Source: Octopus vulgaris
Lineage: Eukaryota
DNA length: 64,000 bases
Direction of reading: 5' to 3'
Assembly: GCA_951406725.2 (NCBI GenBank)
Contig: OX597830.1
Coordinates: 72,292,001-72,356,000, forward strand
Of this stretch, positions 50,991 to 62,994 are shown one piece after another. Position numbers and translations under genes: made by a program. The notes beneath the pieces were generated by a model, which did not search any database, was not told where the DNA came from, and was given only the letters and a program-made list of their open reading frames with translations. Each line of letters opens with the position of its first letter. Position 1 is the stretch's first letter.

Positions 50991-52061
50991 CGCGCACACA
51001 CACACACAAACACACACACAAACACACACACAATTACATACATACATAATGCAAATATATATATGTATATATGTATATATGTGCGTGCGGGAGTGTGTGT
51101 TTGTGTTTACACGCGTGTGTGTACGTGTCTGGTATGTGTATGTGTGTTTGTGTGTGTGATATGCTTATATATGTCCGTATATATGAAATTCTGAGTATCA
51201 GTGTGTGTTTGTGCCTCTGTGTGTGTGTGTGCGTGTGTGTGTCGGTGCGAGTGTGTGTGTGTGTGTGTGCGTGTGTGTATGTTTTGTGTGTGTGTGCTCT
51301 CGCTAGTCTTTGTATTTATATATTTATTTATATAGTTATAGGCTCTGGGGCCAAATATTTCGTTGCTTACTGGATGAAATGACACTACAGCCAGGTCTTT
51401 GAATCTTGGTCTCTTGTCTGTCCAGGACTTGCTATAAATTATAATTCTTGACGTTTTTACATTTCACATGGGAATCGTATTTATAGATAAAAGATTCTTT
51501 CGCAGAACTTTGGCACGGAACTTCGAAACTTAAGCGCAATAAACGGCGGTATTTATCGCATTGAGAACATTTATATCAACCATCCTCAACTTCTTCCATT
51601 TCTTTAGTCACTTGTGGTTCATGGGGTGAGTGTTAAGTAGCTGAAACTGGAGTTGGTGGTACGGTAGTTGAAGTTCAAAATTGAATAGAGAATCTGATGA
51701 CGTATATAAACTTGCATATATATATATGTATGTGTGTGTATGTGTGTGTATACATATCCGATTCTCCATACTACGTATATTATGTATATGTAATTAGATG
51801 CATATATATATACTTATGTACATATATGTGTGTGTGTCTAAGCGTGTGCGTGTGTGTGTTTGGTATGTGTGCGTCGTACCGGGGATATACATACAAACAT
51901 ACACGCAAAGACATACACCCGGATAACTGTGTGTATTTTGGTGTTTGTACATTTACAAGTAAAGATTTATATTTATAATAATTTCTATGTCCATCGGCTT
52001 ATCTTTCTGTCTACCCCTTGACGTGTGTGTACATATACATAAATGATTATATGTGTCAGTG

Positions 52062-52114
<53 letters not shown>

Positions 52115-52161
52115 TGACATATATATGTATGTATGTGTGTGTGTGTGTGTGTGTTTACATA

Positions 52162-52880
52162 CAGGGTGGTTGAAATGTAACTCCCTATTTTAAAATACCT
52201 ACAATGTATTGATTACCTATAATTTTTAGGAAAAATGAATATATGAAAGAAATGTATAGCATGGAGTTTGATTTAAAATTCGAAATAGGCACCAGCATTC
52301 ACCACCAGCTTCACAAGCCGTCCGGGGACTGCCTCATCTAATTTTATCAGGAGCTCTTGTGAGATGGCAGACATAGCTTCTCATATTCGCCCTTCAAGTT
52401 CTCCCAAAGTCTTTGATTTGGTAGAGTATGCTCGCTCCTTTAAGCAACCCCAAAGAAAAAGATGACAGTGTGTAAGATCAGGGCTTCTGACCGGCAATTC
52501 ATGCGGACCTCGACGACTCATCCTTGTCCCAAGGAATTTGGCATTTAGCCATTCCCGAACAACAATAGCAAAATGTGGAGGAGAGCCATCTTGCATAAAA
52601 ATAATATTTTCAATATCCTCTCAATTACATATAACTGTCTAGATTCCATCTTGCAGCATAGTGAGGTACCTTTCAGCATTCATGGAATTGCAAAGGATCA
52701 AAGGATCCACATTCAACACCATACCATTACCTTGGCCGATTCTGCATTTAATACGAGTATCTTCTCCTGCCCATTAGTGGCAGTTGTGACGGTTCACAAA
52801 CCCACCGATGTGAAATACTGTTTCATCACTCCAGAGGATATTTTAAAAGCGTCCAGCCCATGTTTGTAGGGATTCTAAAT
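52162..52880 (-). pseudogene. Tc1/mariner DD41D (rosa-type) transposon remnant with its 3' TIR
   Basis: TA|CAGGGTGGTTG terminus; ILWSDETVFHIGGFVNRHNC; QDGSPPH...RSPDLTHCHLFLWGCLK. 41 residues separate the second D from the third position, which is now H. Confidence 0.85.
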
Positions 52881-53135
52881 TTCAAAGGAAATAATCGATC
52901 TGCAAAAGACTACAACAACGTAGAATCTGTTTCCATACATTAAAGAACATGCCCCCAAAATTTGAGAATGCCATCTTGTGTGTATGTGTCTGTGGAGTAC
53001 TCAGCCCCTTGCACAGTAATTTTCTCAAGCTGTCCCGTTGATCGTATCAACTGGAACCCTCGACCTCGTAACCGACGGAGTTCCACGATATATACATACA
53101 TACATGCATACATATATATATATATATACTTAGAG

Positions 53136-53249
53136 AGAGCAATAAGAAAATGGAGGGGATCAATAGGTGGTTCATCAACTTTTAGACATTATATTATGTC
53201 AACTTATTTATGAACCACCTATTGATCCACTCCATTTTCTTATTGTTCT
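53136..53249. repeat. Inverted repeat, 40-bp arms, 34-bp loop
   Basis: agagcaataagaaaatggaggggatcaataggtggttcat / atgaaccacctattgatccactccattttcttattgttct. Confidence 0.9.
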
Positions 53250-53434
53250 TATTCTTATCAATTAATGGTAAAATATCTCTTTACCTTCACACATTTAGTA
53301 CACTCGGTAATGTAATTGCAATGCAATAAAAAAAATACTTGTGTATTAATAATTAGGTGTTCTACCAGCAGTATATAGGATAGATATTATCCCTTAGTTG
53401 GTTGGATTCACAACCTTTAACTTTCTTGGAATTA

Positions 53435-53477
<43 letters not shown>

Positions 53478-54222
53478 ATCGATGGCCAAACACGCATGAG
53501 TAGAATTTTGCATATACCTTATATTCTAACTCAAAGTGGTGTCTTTCACCCAAAATGCTCAACAAACATTTTTATAATCATGGTTTGTGTGGGGCTAGAA
53601 CAGTAAGTTGATACTCTAAATAAATATACGGATAAAGATATCATTTGACAGAAGATGTGAAGAACTTGGCAAGATCCAACTAGTCCCTCACTTTCATTTA
53701 TCTATCTCTCTCTCTCTCTTCTCACCGTCTCTCTCTCTCTGTATCTCTATCTCCCTCTGTCTCTCTCTGCCTCTCTCTCTCTCTCTCTCTCTCTCCACAT
53801 AAAAACTCAAATGTACACATGTTGACCATTACACATTGACATCTCATGTATTTTCAAACGTCATTTCTTTTGCATTATTTATCATATTTCTTCTGTTTCA
53901 CAAAGTAAGCTTTATTCCCGATGGCAAAATTCAAACCCATCTTTCACCTCCGTTAAAGGAAGCAGATGGAAAAAATTTACAGTACAACACAGACACTATG
54001 GTCATAATTTCCATAGGGCATAATATTTTATATAAAAGAGAATTTTAGTACCCAAAACAGATAAATATGATGAATATATCAGTCTATACCAGTTACTGAT
54101 TTCTTTCCACTTTGTTCATTTTTATTTTGCTAAAACCTCGGGCCCATCAAAGCCTTGTGTATAGATTTGGTAGAGGAAACTGAGAGAAGCCTGTTGGTAC
54201 TTGCACCTAAACGAATCGATCA

Positions 54223-54277
<55 letters not shown>

Positions 54278-54339
54278 TATAAAACATATGCATATATACG
54301 TACATATATGTACGTACCTACTTGCATATATACATGCAT

Positions 54340-54700
54340 ATATGGGTACAGGACACCCAAAAAACGTCGAACACAATGAGAAACGAAAACATAAACACAA
54401 AACAAAGGAAATGGACATTTTTCTTAAACAACGAAAAAATAGAGTACAGGACATACAAAACAAGGAAAAGTCCCCTTATTCAGTCGCCTTTGTTTCATCT
54501 ACTCCACGTTTCGAAGGTCAAGGCCATACATGACTTTAATGAAACAATCCATCCATCCCGCGAAAATCAAATTAAATAAAATTTGAGATTTTTTTGCGGA
54601 GGGGTAAAAATGGTAACAAAAACAGGACAGTAACGACAGTACAAAATATAAACAGTAAAAGACAGGACAAGGAGAAGGACAGTAACACAAACAAGAAATA
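54340..54700. mobile_element. AT-microsatellite-flanked interspersed repeat; partial copy at 59767-59900
   Basis: Shared atatgggtaca...gaacacaatgagaaacgaaaacataaa...aaacaacgaaaaaa...gacataca..acaagga..ttcccct. Confidence 0.75.
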
Positions 54701-55050
54701 CATATATATATAGAGAGAGAGAGAGAGAGTGAGAGAGACAGACAGACAGAGAAAGAGAGAGATACAGATATATACGTGGTTGTGTCATTATTTCTGTGTT
54801 TACCCTTCCCACCACTTGATAAAAAATATTAAAGTGCTTACGTCCCCGTAGCTAACGGGTTCGGCAAAATAGACAGACAGAAAAAGGAAAAAGACATACA
54901 ATAATAAGGCGGTGCTCCAGCATGGCCACAGTCAAATGACTGAAACAATTAAAAGGGTAATACTGGGGTAGAATTGTTTGACTAAAATTCTTGATGGTAG
55001 TTCCTCAGCATGGCTGCAGTCTAATGAATGAAACGAGTAAAAGATAACAG

Positions 55051-55093
<43 letters not shown>

Positions 55094-55129
55094 TTTCATA
55101 AGCATGCATTTTCTATTTTTTTAAATCTC

Positions 55130-55445
55130 GTATTTGTTTCAGCCATTCCAGTGCCGCCATGCCGGAGCACCGCACTGAGCAATTGTAGTGGAATCAATTG
55201 AACATGGTATTTATTCGATCGGCCATTTTTGCCAAAACGCTAAGGCAGGAAGCCGTAAACACGCTAGCATCTATTGTCAAATGATGGAGGACAAACACGG
55301 ACACAAAGAAAACCACACACACACACACACAAATATGACAGGCTTCTTTCAGATTCCGTCTACAAAATCCACTCTCTAGTTTTAGGTCGGAACGAGGCTC
55401 TAGTAAAAAACTCTCACCCAAGTTGCCACGCAGTGGGATTGAAAC
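55130..55445 (-). mobile_element. Diverged SINE family B copy; further + strand fragments at 54135-54195 and 54790-55025
   Basis: ttgtttcag...gccatgc.ggagcaccgc...ggcttctttcag.ttccgtctac...gccacgcagtggga. Confidence 0.75.
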
Positions 55446-55459
55446 CTCTGATTTGTTGC

Positions 55460-56130
55460 ATTAGGCGAATGAGGGTGTTTGAGGTGCTGCCCTCATCCGA
55501 GTTTCCTACCCCAAGTTAGGCTTATCCGCAAGGAACTCTTGACAGAAGATTCAGTTTTGTTTTGAAGACACATCCTCCATATAGTTCTCTCAGTCTTTCT
55601 TGGAGGGTATTAAAAAGCAGTAGTGTCCCGGAAACATTGTAGGATCTGATCTTATATCCTGGTAGCAATTTTGAGATCTTTTCCATTATACAGCGTCGAC
55701 TTGACCTGCAATTTCTGTAGCATTCAAAGCGAAAGTCTGGTTGTTATCGTTCCAGGATTTTCAATGCATATATTTCCTTTCCCCTTTACAGGGATTAGAA
55801 ACTTGTCTTTTTTCAGCTCTTCCAGAAGCTGACATGTCGCAGTCAGACTATCTTCTTTGTGTAGCTTCGTTGGAGTACCTCAAGTTCCGTCGTTAATTTT
55901 ACACTGTGTACTGACCATAGTTGGGAACAGTGGACAAAACGGCTAAAGACAAATGTCTTCCAAAGGGCCAACATGGTTTTCTCTTATCTCTTTCTGAAAA
56001 TTCAAGGTTACTTCCGGCCAGACGCCTGCATTTTATTGCTAACTCAGCAATATGCACCGGTAAATCATTAATCATGTCATCGCTCAGGTAACGTACTGGT
56101 TTTGATTTAGGCACCTCCGTCTCACCTGGG
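55460..56130 (-). pseudogene. Decayed CR1/Jockey-group LINE ORF2 C-terminal fragment
   Basis: Minus strand: HIAELAIKCRRLAG; KTMLALWKTFVFSRFVHCSQLWSVHSVKLTTELEVLQRSYTKKI; LLFNTLQERLR; VFKTKL; RMRAAPQT/SNTLI. Confidence 0.75.
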
Positions 56131-56248
56131 CCAATGTTTCCTGTTCTGCATTCCGCTCAGATTCGTATACTGGTACCGCACTCACACCACACATTTACAC
56201 GCTTGCATACATACATTTACACACACACACACACAGTATATATATATG

Positions 56249-56282
<34 letters not shown>

Positions 56283-56579
56283 TGTATGTATGTATGTATG
56301 TATGTGCGTGCGTGTACATATGCTTACTCATACATCTGCCTAACAAATAACGCTTTATACTCCGTTGCTAGGTGGATCGTATTCACTGATATATTTACAT
56401 TGTCAAAATAATTTCTCACACATTCAATGTAAATAACTCCCATTCTATTTGTTAAAAAAATGTACAGCCGCTAAATCTTCCGTGCAAGAAACAGTTACGT
56501 TTGTAATATGGATTAATTAGCTGAGACGTTTCAACATGTGTCGATATTTCGACTGAGTTAAATGACTGTTTAAGAATGA

Positions 56580-58836
56580 ACCATTATCCACTACCGATCC
56601 CAGAAGATGTTTTTACAAAGCTAAACGGAGGAAAAATAATTTCAAAACTCGATCTGTCTGATGAATGTCTACAAATCAAAGAAGATTAAAAAAAATTCTC
56701 AAAGCTGTTAATGGTCAACACACCCAGAGGTATATACTAATACAATAGACTACCGTTTGGACTGAAAGTAGCACCCACAATATTCCAACAGGTGATGGAC
56801 GCGATGTTCACAGATTGTCTATTTGCAAATTGTCTATTTGATAATGTGTTAATCAAAAGTGAATCGTGGAATGAGCATATCAAACACGTGAAGTGTGTCT
56901 TAAAAGAAATTTAAGGATTATGGTTTCACACTCAGTGAAGAGAAGTGTGAATTTTTTTTTTCTTTTTGCCTAAAATCAAATACCTAGGTCAAATCATAGA
57001 TAACAATGGAAGACGTCCTGACCCAATTAAGAATATGCCTTCTCCGACGAATATACTCACATTACAAGCTTCCCTTTGTCTAGTAAATTACTACAAACAG
57101 TACATTCCAAATATACATAAATTGAAAGCATCATTAAATGATTTACTAAAAGAAGTAAAATGGAATTGGTCAGTAAAATGCAAAGATGCATTCGAAGACA
57201 TAAAGAAAGTGTTAATTTTTGATTCGTCACGAGCACATTTCGCTCCTAGGACGGATATTGTAGCATCTGATGCTTCGGAGTATGAAAGAGGAGCAGTCTT
57301 GCTACACAAGTATAAAGATAGAAATATAAAGCCAGTAGTTCATGCTTCACGTTTGCTGATAGCAGCGGAAAAAAGGTATAGACTGTTAGAGAAAGAAGCT
57401 CTATCGATAATTTTTTGCTGTAAAAAAATTTCCCGAATTTCTATATGTTCGAAGATTTTTATTACAAAAACTTTGATCGAAGAAGGAATTGCCTACCCAT
57501 ACAGCGAACCGACTGGGGTACAATATTACTGAACTACAATTTTAAAATGCGATATACGCCATCGAAGAAACTTGTTCATGCAGACTGCGTATCGAGGCTA
57601 ATTCCCAAGAACGTGCAACCGCTAGAAGAGACCGTAATAACGTCATTGCAGTAAGAGAATGAAGTAAGAAGTATTGTGTGTAATATAATCCAGGAACTAC
57701 TGGTAATAGCACATGATATAAAAACGAAATCCGTAGAGGATAGTTACATTACGAGAATGAAAGAAACATTGAAAAATAAGCATAATAAATATATAAAGAA
57801 AACTAATTTCTCACTATGCGACGTCTTAATGTACGCGCAGAAAGAAGTAGTACTAAGTGCTCTGCAGAAACGAGTACTGCAATAATTCCACTGTTGGCAT
57901 CTGGGAATGCCGAGAATGAAAGCTCTATTGAGGAGCTTTGTATATCGGCCGATTATGGAGTGGGACATCGAGAAATCAGTGAAAGCATGTAGAGAACGTG
58001 CGTTGGCAACCAAAGCACCACCAGTAAAATACCAATCGTGACCGGAGAATGAGAGCCCATGCTCTAGGATACATATCGACTACGCTGGACTAGTGAACGG
58101 CGAATACGATGTAATTCTAGTGGATAGCTATACAAAGTGGCCAGACGTATGCAGATGTAATAAACCCACAGCAAAGACAACAATAAAGTTCCTACTCTAG
58201 TTATTTACTTGATACGGTGTTCTAGACATGTTAGTTTCAGATAATGGAACGCAATTCACGGGATATGAATTAAGAAATTTCTGTAAAATACATGCCATAA
58301 AACACATCACTACCCCGCCCTGTCACCCGAGGTCAAATGTGCCGCCGGAAAGATTTGCTGACACGTTCAAAAGAGCTCTAAGAAAAGCTAGGACTGAGGT
58401 AGATAATGACGAGGCACGGACGAAATTTTTGAGAGTATATAGAATAACACCAAATCTAAATGCCAATTAAGGCAAGTCACCAGCACACTTAATGTTTGCG
58501 AGTAAAATAAAATCGATTTTCGATAAATTATTGCCACGAAAAAATATATATAAAGTTAAAACAAAATATACATTTGAAGGAAATACAAGAAATATTACAA
58601 AATATTTCGAAGTTCATTTTAAAAATTACAATAATGGTAAAGAAGATTGGGAAGATGGTTGTGAAATCATAAGATTAGGTAACATAATGCATTTAATTAA
58701 AGGACAACGTTCGGAATATAAGAGACACCTTAGCCAGTTAAAGGAGAAGCATACTGAAGAACGAACAGTAAAACCAATGGAAGTCTTCTATGATATATTT
58801 GAAGTACCAGCACCGAGAGATATTGAGCCCCTTTAA
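56580..58836 (+). pseudogene. Ty3/Gypsy LTR-retrotransposon pol remnant (RT - RNase H - integrase)
   Basis: SKLDLSD, YNRLPFGLKVAPTIFQQVMD, KIKYLGQIID, ASDASEY..GAVLLH, EKEALSIIF, HADCVSRL, H..HLGMPRMKALLRSFVY, RIHIDYAG, LVDSYTKWP, LVSDNGTQF, HPRSN..ERF..TFK. Domain order is RT-RH-INT; many stops. Confidence 0.93.
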
Positions 58837-58893
58837 ACTAGCTTCAGAAAACGATATTTACCTCTTACATGATTCCGCACGCTAGGAAACGTA

Positions 58894-58931
58894 TGTAGCC
58901 CGGATATCATCTACTCTACTCCTTAACACTT

Positions 58932-59004
<73 letters not shown>

Positions 59005-59205
59005 AGCACACACACTTATATACAAGCTTATATATACATGCATGTGTTTCTCTATATTGAAGTCAGTGTATGAATGGTTTTAATGTCTAGTCGTTTATGT
59101 GAATATTTTCAGCCACTTCTCCTTTCTTTGTATGCATATCTGTTAATGTGTAAAGATAATAAACTTAAGTTTCAATTATCGTGATCGCTTCAGTTCGTTA
59201 TCACA
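58894..59205 (+). mobile_element. Possible 3' LTR of the Gypsy remnant
   Basis: TG...CA bounds with AATAAA at ~59158 just downstream of integrase. No 5' LTR or clear PPT to confirm it. Confidence 0.25.
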
Positions 59206-59396
59206 GTTTGAAGACTTGTACATACTTACATCAATAGTTCTGACACGAATTAGGTTAACGAACACAGCATGAATGTCAGGGAAACTTTGTGCTGAGGTAT
59301 TTTAACTTCCTTTCGTTTTGGGTTATTCTCCTTTAGACATTTACTGATACTTAATTTCAGCCTAGATTGAAACACCCACCCCTTATACGTAAATAC

Positions 59397-59549
<153 letters not shown>

Positions 59550-60423
59550 TGATATATATATACATATCTGTGTGTATCTGTCATATGTAAGGCATACGTA
59601 TGTGAATGAATGTGTATATATATGGATGCGTATATATATATATATATATATATACATACATATAAATATATATATATAATATATATATATATATATAATA
59701 TAAATAATATATAAATATACATACATATATGTATATACCTACATATATATGTGTATATACATTTATATATGGGTACAATACATCAAAAAAAGTTGAACAC
59801 AATGAGAAACGAAAACATAAAAATAAAAACAAAAACGAACTTTTTTCAAACAACGAAAAAAAACAGAGAAACAAGACATACAACACAAGGAATATTCCCC
59901 TACCTATATATATATATGGGTGTGAGTTCATATACATATATAAACATATGCATTCCTATATATAGATATGATTATGTCTCCATCCGTTTATTTGTGTATT
60001 TATATGTTTATTTAGTACATAAGCATGTATGTAGTTAAATGTTTAGAGGCTATATATACATCTACAAGTAAATACAAACCTGTATATACATATACATATA
60101 TATATATATATATTTGTGTGTGTGATTATATCATTTTTTTAAATATTTTGTTTTGTCATGGGAAGAATTTTATACACATGTATGTGTGTGTACGTGTTTG
60201 TATTTGTGTGTGTGTCTGTGTCTGTCTGTCTCTGTGTGTGTGTCTGTCTGTCCGTGTGTGTATTTATGTATCTGAATGATGTGTATATTTCTACTTATGA
60301 ACGTATACCCTTATTACTAAGCAAATAGATTTATTACACCCGCATAATTCATTCTACCTCTCTGAAAAAGAAAAAAAAATGAAACGTTTGTTTCCAGCCT
60401 TTTCTATATCTATGTCTATGATC

Positions 60424-60771
60424 GAATGGTTGTATACTGTCAATCTAACGTGAACGTGACAGTAGGGGGTTACATCACCGCTGTTTAGCCCTAGGAAGCA
60501 TTGACGCTTCCTGCTGGCTTCGACATATTTTTCCTGTGTCCTTATATACATTTACGAAGGGGAGGGGTGTTTGTCTCTCCTTCGTAAATGTATATAAGGA
60601 CACAGGAAAAATGTGTCGAAGCCAGCAGGAAGCGTCGATGCTTCCTAGGGCTAAACAGCGGTGGTGTAACCCCCTACTGTCACGTTCACGTTAGATTGAC
60701 AGTATACAACCATTCTATCGCCCCACCATCGTACATATCTCTATGAGAGATTTAGAAATTTAATATTTCTG
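60424..60771 (+). mobile_element. Foldback element: about 140-bp inverted arms, about 10-nt loop, 56-bp unpaired tail, 13-bp TSD
   Basis: Arms 60424-60564 and 60575-60715. atgtctatgatcg at 60412-60424 and 60772-60784. Confidence 0.9.
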
Positions 60772-61180
60772 ATGTCTATGATCGTATGTGAGTAAATGTC
60801 TGCACGGACATACTAGCGTAAAATACAAAATGCCACTTTTGTAACAGAATGGCTTTAAAAATTCCGTCACAAACACTGGCATTGCCTCGTGTCTGATGAC
60901 TTAGTGGATCCCACTTACTTATTTTAATGCTTAAATTGTTTCGTGTTTATATCTTTAATATCATCCATTGGAAATTTTCGTCATTATTGAAAATTTGTTT
61001 CTATTTTCTGAAAATGGGGATTGGTGAACGTTTTGTGATTCCGTTATCTTTCCTATAGTAATTATAGGGAATCCATGGTCAACTTTGGAAATTATATTAG
61101 ATAAGAACATGTCGAGAATTGTCTCCCATACATGCCGAATGACTCAAATCATTATCAGTCAATTATCAGTATTATTACCT

Positions 61181-61410
61181 ATTTCTTTATTACCCACAAG
61201 GGGCTAAACACAGAGAGGACAAACAAGGACAGACAAACGGATTATGTCGATTACATCGACTCCAGTGCGTAACTGGTACTTAATTTATCGACCCCGAAAG
61301 GATGAAAGACAAAGTCGACCTCGGCGGAATCTGAACTCAGAACGCAGCGGCGGACGAAATAACACAAAGCATTTCGCCCGGCGTGCTAACGTTTCTGCCA
61401 GTTCGCTGCC
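61181..61410 (-). mobile_element. SINE family A full copy with TSD; an opposite-strand copy follows at about 61460-61655
   Basis: TSD tatcagtattattacct at 61164-61180 and 61417-61433. Confidence 0.9.
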
Positions 61411-62064
61411 TTCTAATATCAGTATTATTACCTTTTCTCTAACGCATAACTGTTTCCAGTAAATAGAGTTAAAGTTCTCTAAACGAGCGAAATTCTTAGT
61501 GGTGTTTTGTTTGTCTTTACGTTCTGACTTCAAATTCCGCCGAGGTCGACTTCTCCTTTCGGGGTCGATAAATTAAGTACCAATAGCGCACGGAGGTCGA
61601 TCTAATCGATTGTTCTCCCACTTCAAATATTTTGCGCCTTGTATCTAGAGTAGAGAATAATATTTTAAGAAAGGATTTTTTCAAACAGAGACAAAATGGA
61701 TAATGAAAGATTTTGAAGAAAAGCGTGAGTTAAACACTTGACATTCTGTCAAAATGTGAATTAAAAAAAAGCGGTCTTGGAGTTTCTTAGAGATGTAAAC
61801 ATTACACATTTTATGTCCACTTGACTGAGAAAAAAATGTTTAGTGCCTCGTTAGTAGTTTACTCTAAGTCCGCCTTATACAACTTGATAGCAGAAGCAAT
61901 TATATACTCAGTAATCTGCGAAAATTCGTGAGAGGGGATAAATATTAAAGTAAGTTTATACGGAACAATACTGAAGAAACTGAATACGGCAGAATAGTTG
62001 TATATATATATATGTGTGTAAATATATATATATGTGTGTGTGTGTGTGCTTGTATATATGTATA

Positions 62065-62113
<49 letters not shown>

Positions 62114-62118
62114 GTAAA

Positions 62119-62414
62119 CTAGCAGTATCGCCCGGCGTTGCTCGGGTTTGTAAGGGAAATAACTATATAAGCATTTTTAGAGAGTTACTTCCCTTATATA
62201 ATAGCAAAAGTGCATTAAAAATGGGAAAAAATGATGGTAATTTTTTTTTTAATCGTAGACTCATCGTAGACGCGCGCTAATACACAGAAGGGCTCGATAT
62301 GAATCACGACTATAAGATACCAGCTTTTGGTTAAACTGCACCGCAAAATGTGGGAGTAGTTAGGAATCTAAATCGTAGGAGACAGACACACAACTTCACT
62401 TTTATATATAAAGA
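62119..62414 (-). mobile_element. Non-autonomous Helitron copy
   Basis: Reverse complement of the 15293 family with a deletion; A|TC...CTAG|T. Confidence 0.88.
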
Positions 62415-62504
62415 TATATATATCAGCGGCGGTGCCCCAGCATGGCCGGAACCTTCGGGCTGAAACATTTTAAAGGATATATATATGTATATATATATAT
62501 AAGT

Positions 62505-62840
62505 CAAAATGAGGGTGAAAACATAGGATATTAATTTAATAACATCAATTTAAACACCAGTGGCCTTGCGTATAAAAGACTGAGATTCAGTAAATATTAT
62601 TAATACACAACTATGACAGAGAATCCACTATGTGGACGTTCTTACGCTAGATATAGATCCGCATAGGGACTCAACCACTAAGAATTGTTCTGAAGAAAAA
62701 ATTTAGTACACTAAGAACTAAGCGAGCAGGACAAATGAAAAATAGCAAAAATATAGATTAACCCCATACAACTGTATCACTGTTAATAAATAATGTAATT
62801 TTTCTTACATAAATATCCTCAGATCATCGGTGGAGTACGT
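62505..62840 (-). mobile_element. (TA)-adjacent repeat related to 21940-22090, with a degenerate hammerhead-like layout
   Basis: Shared blocks with 21940-22090. Minus strand CCGATGA tctg...cagt GATA cagttg TA. Confidence 0.5.
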
Positions 62841-62994
62841 CATAAAATATATTTTGTCCAATTAACACGAGGTCAGAGACACGAGCAGTTCGGCCGATTA
62901 TATTCACAGTTACATTCAAATGCCCTCGTTCTAGCGCGCCAAATTCCCGCAAATAAATATTGCATAAGTAATTCACTGCAATAGTTTACGACGG

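Noticed and set aside
54460-54530. CGAAAC and CTGA on the minus strand of the 54.3-kb repeat
   Set aside because: The order and stems do not give a hammerhead fold.
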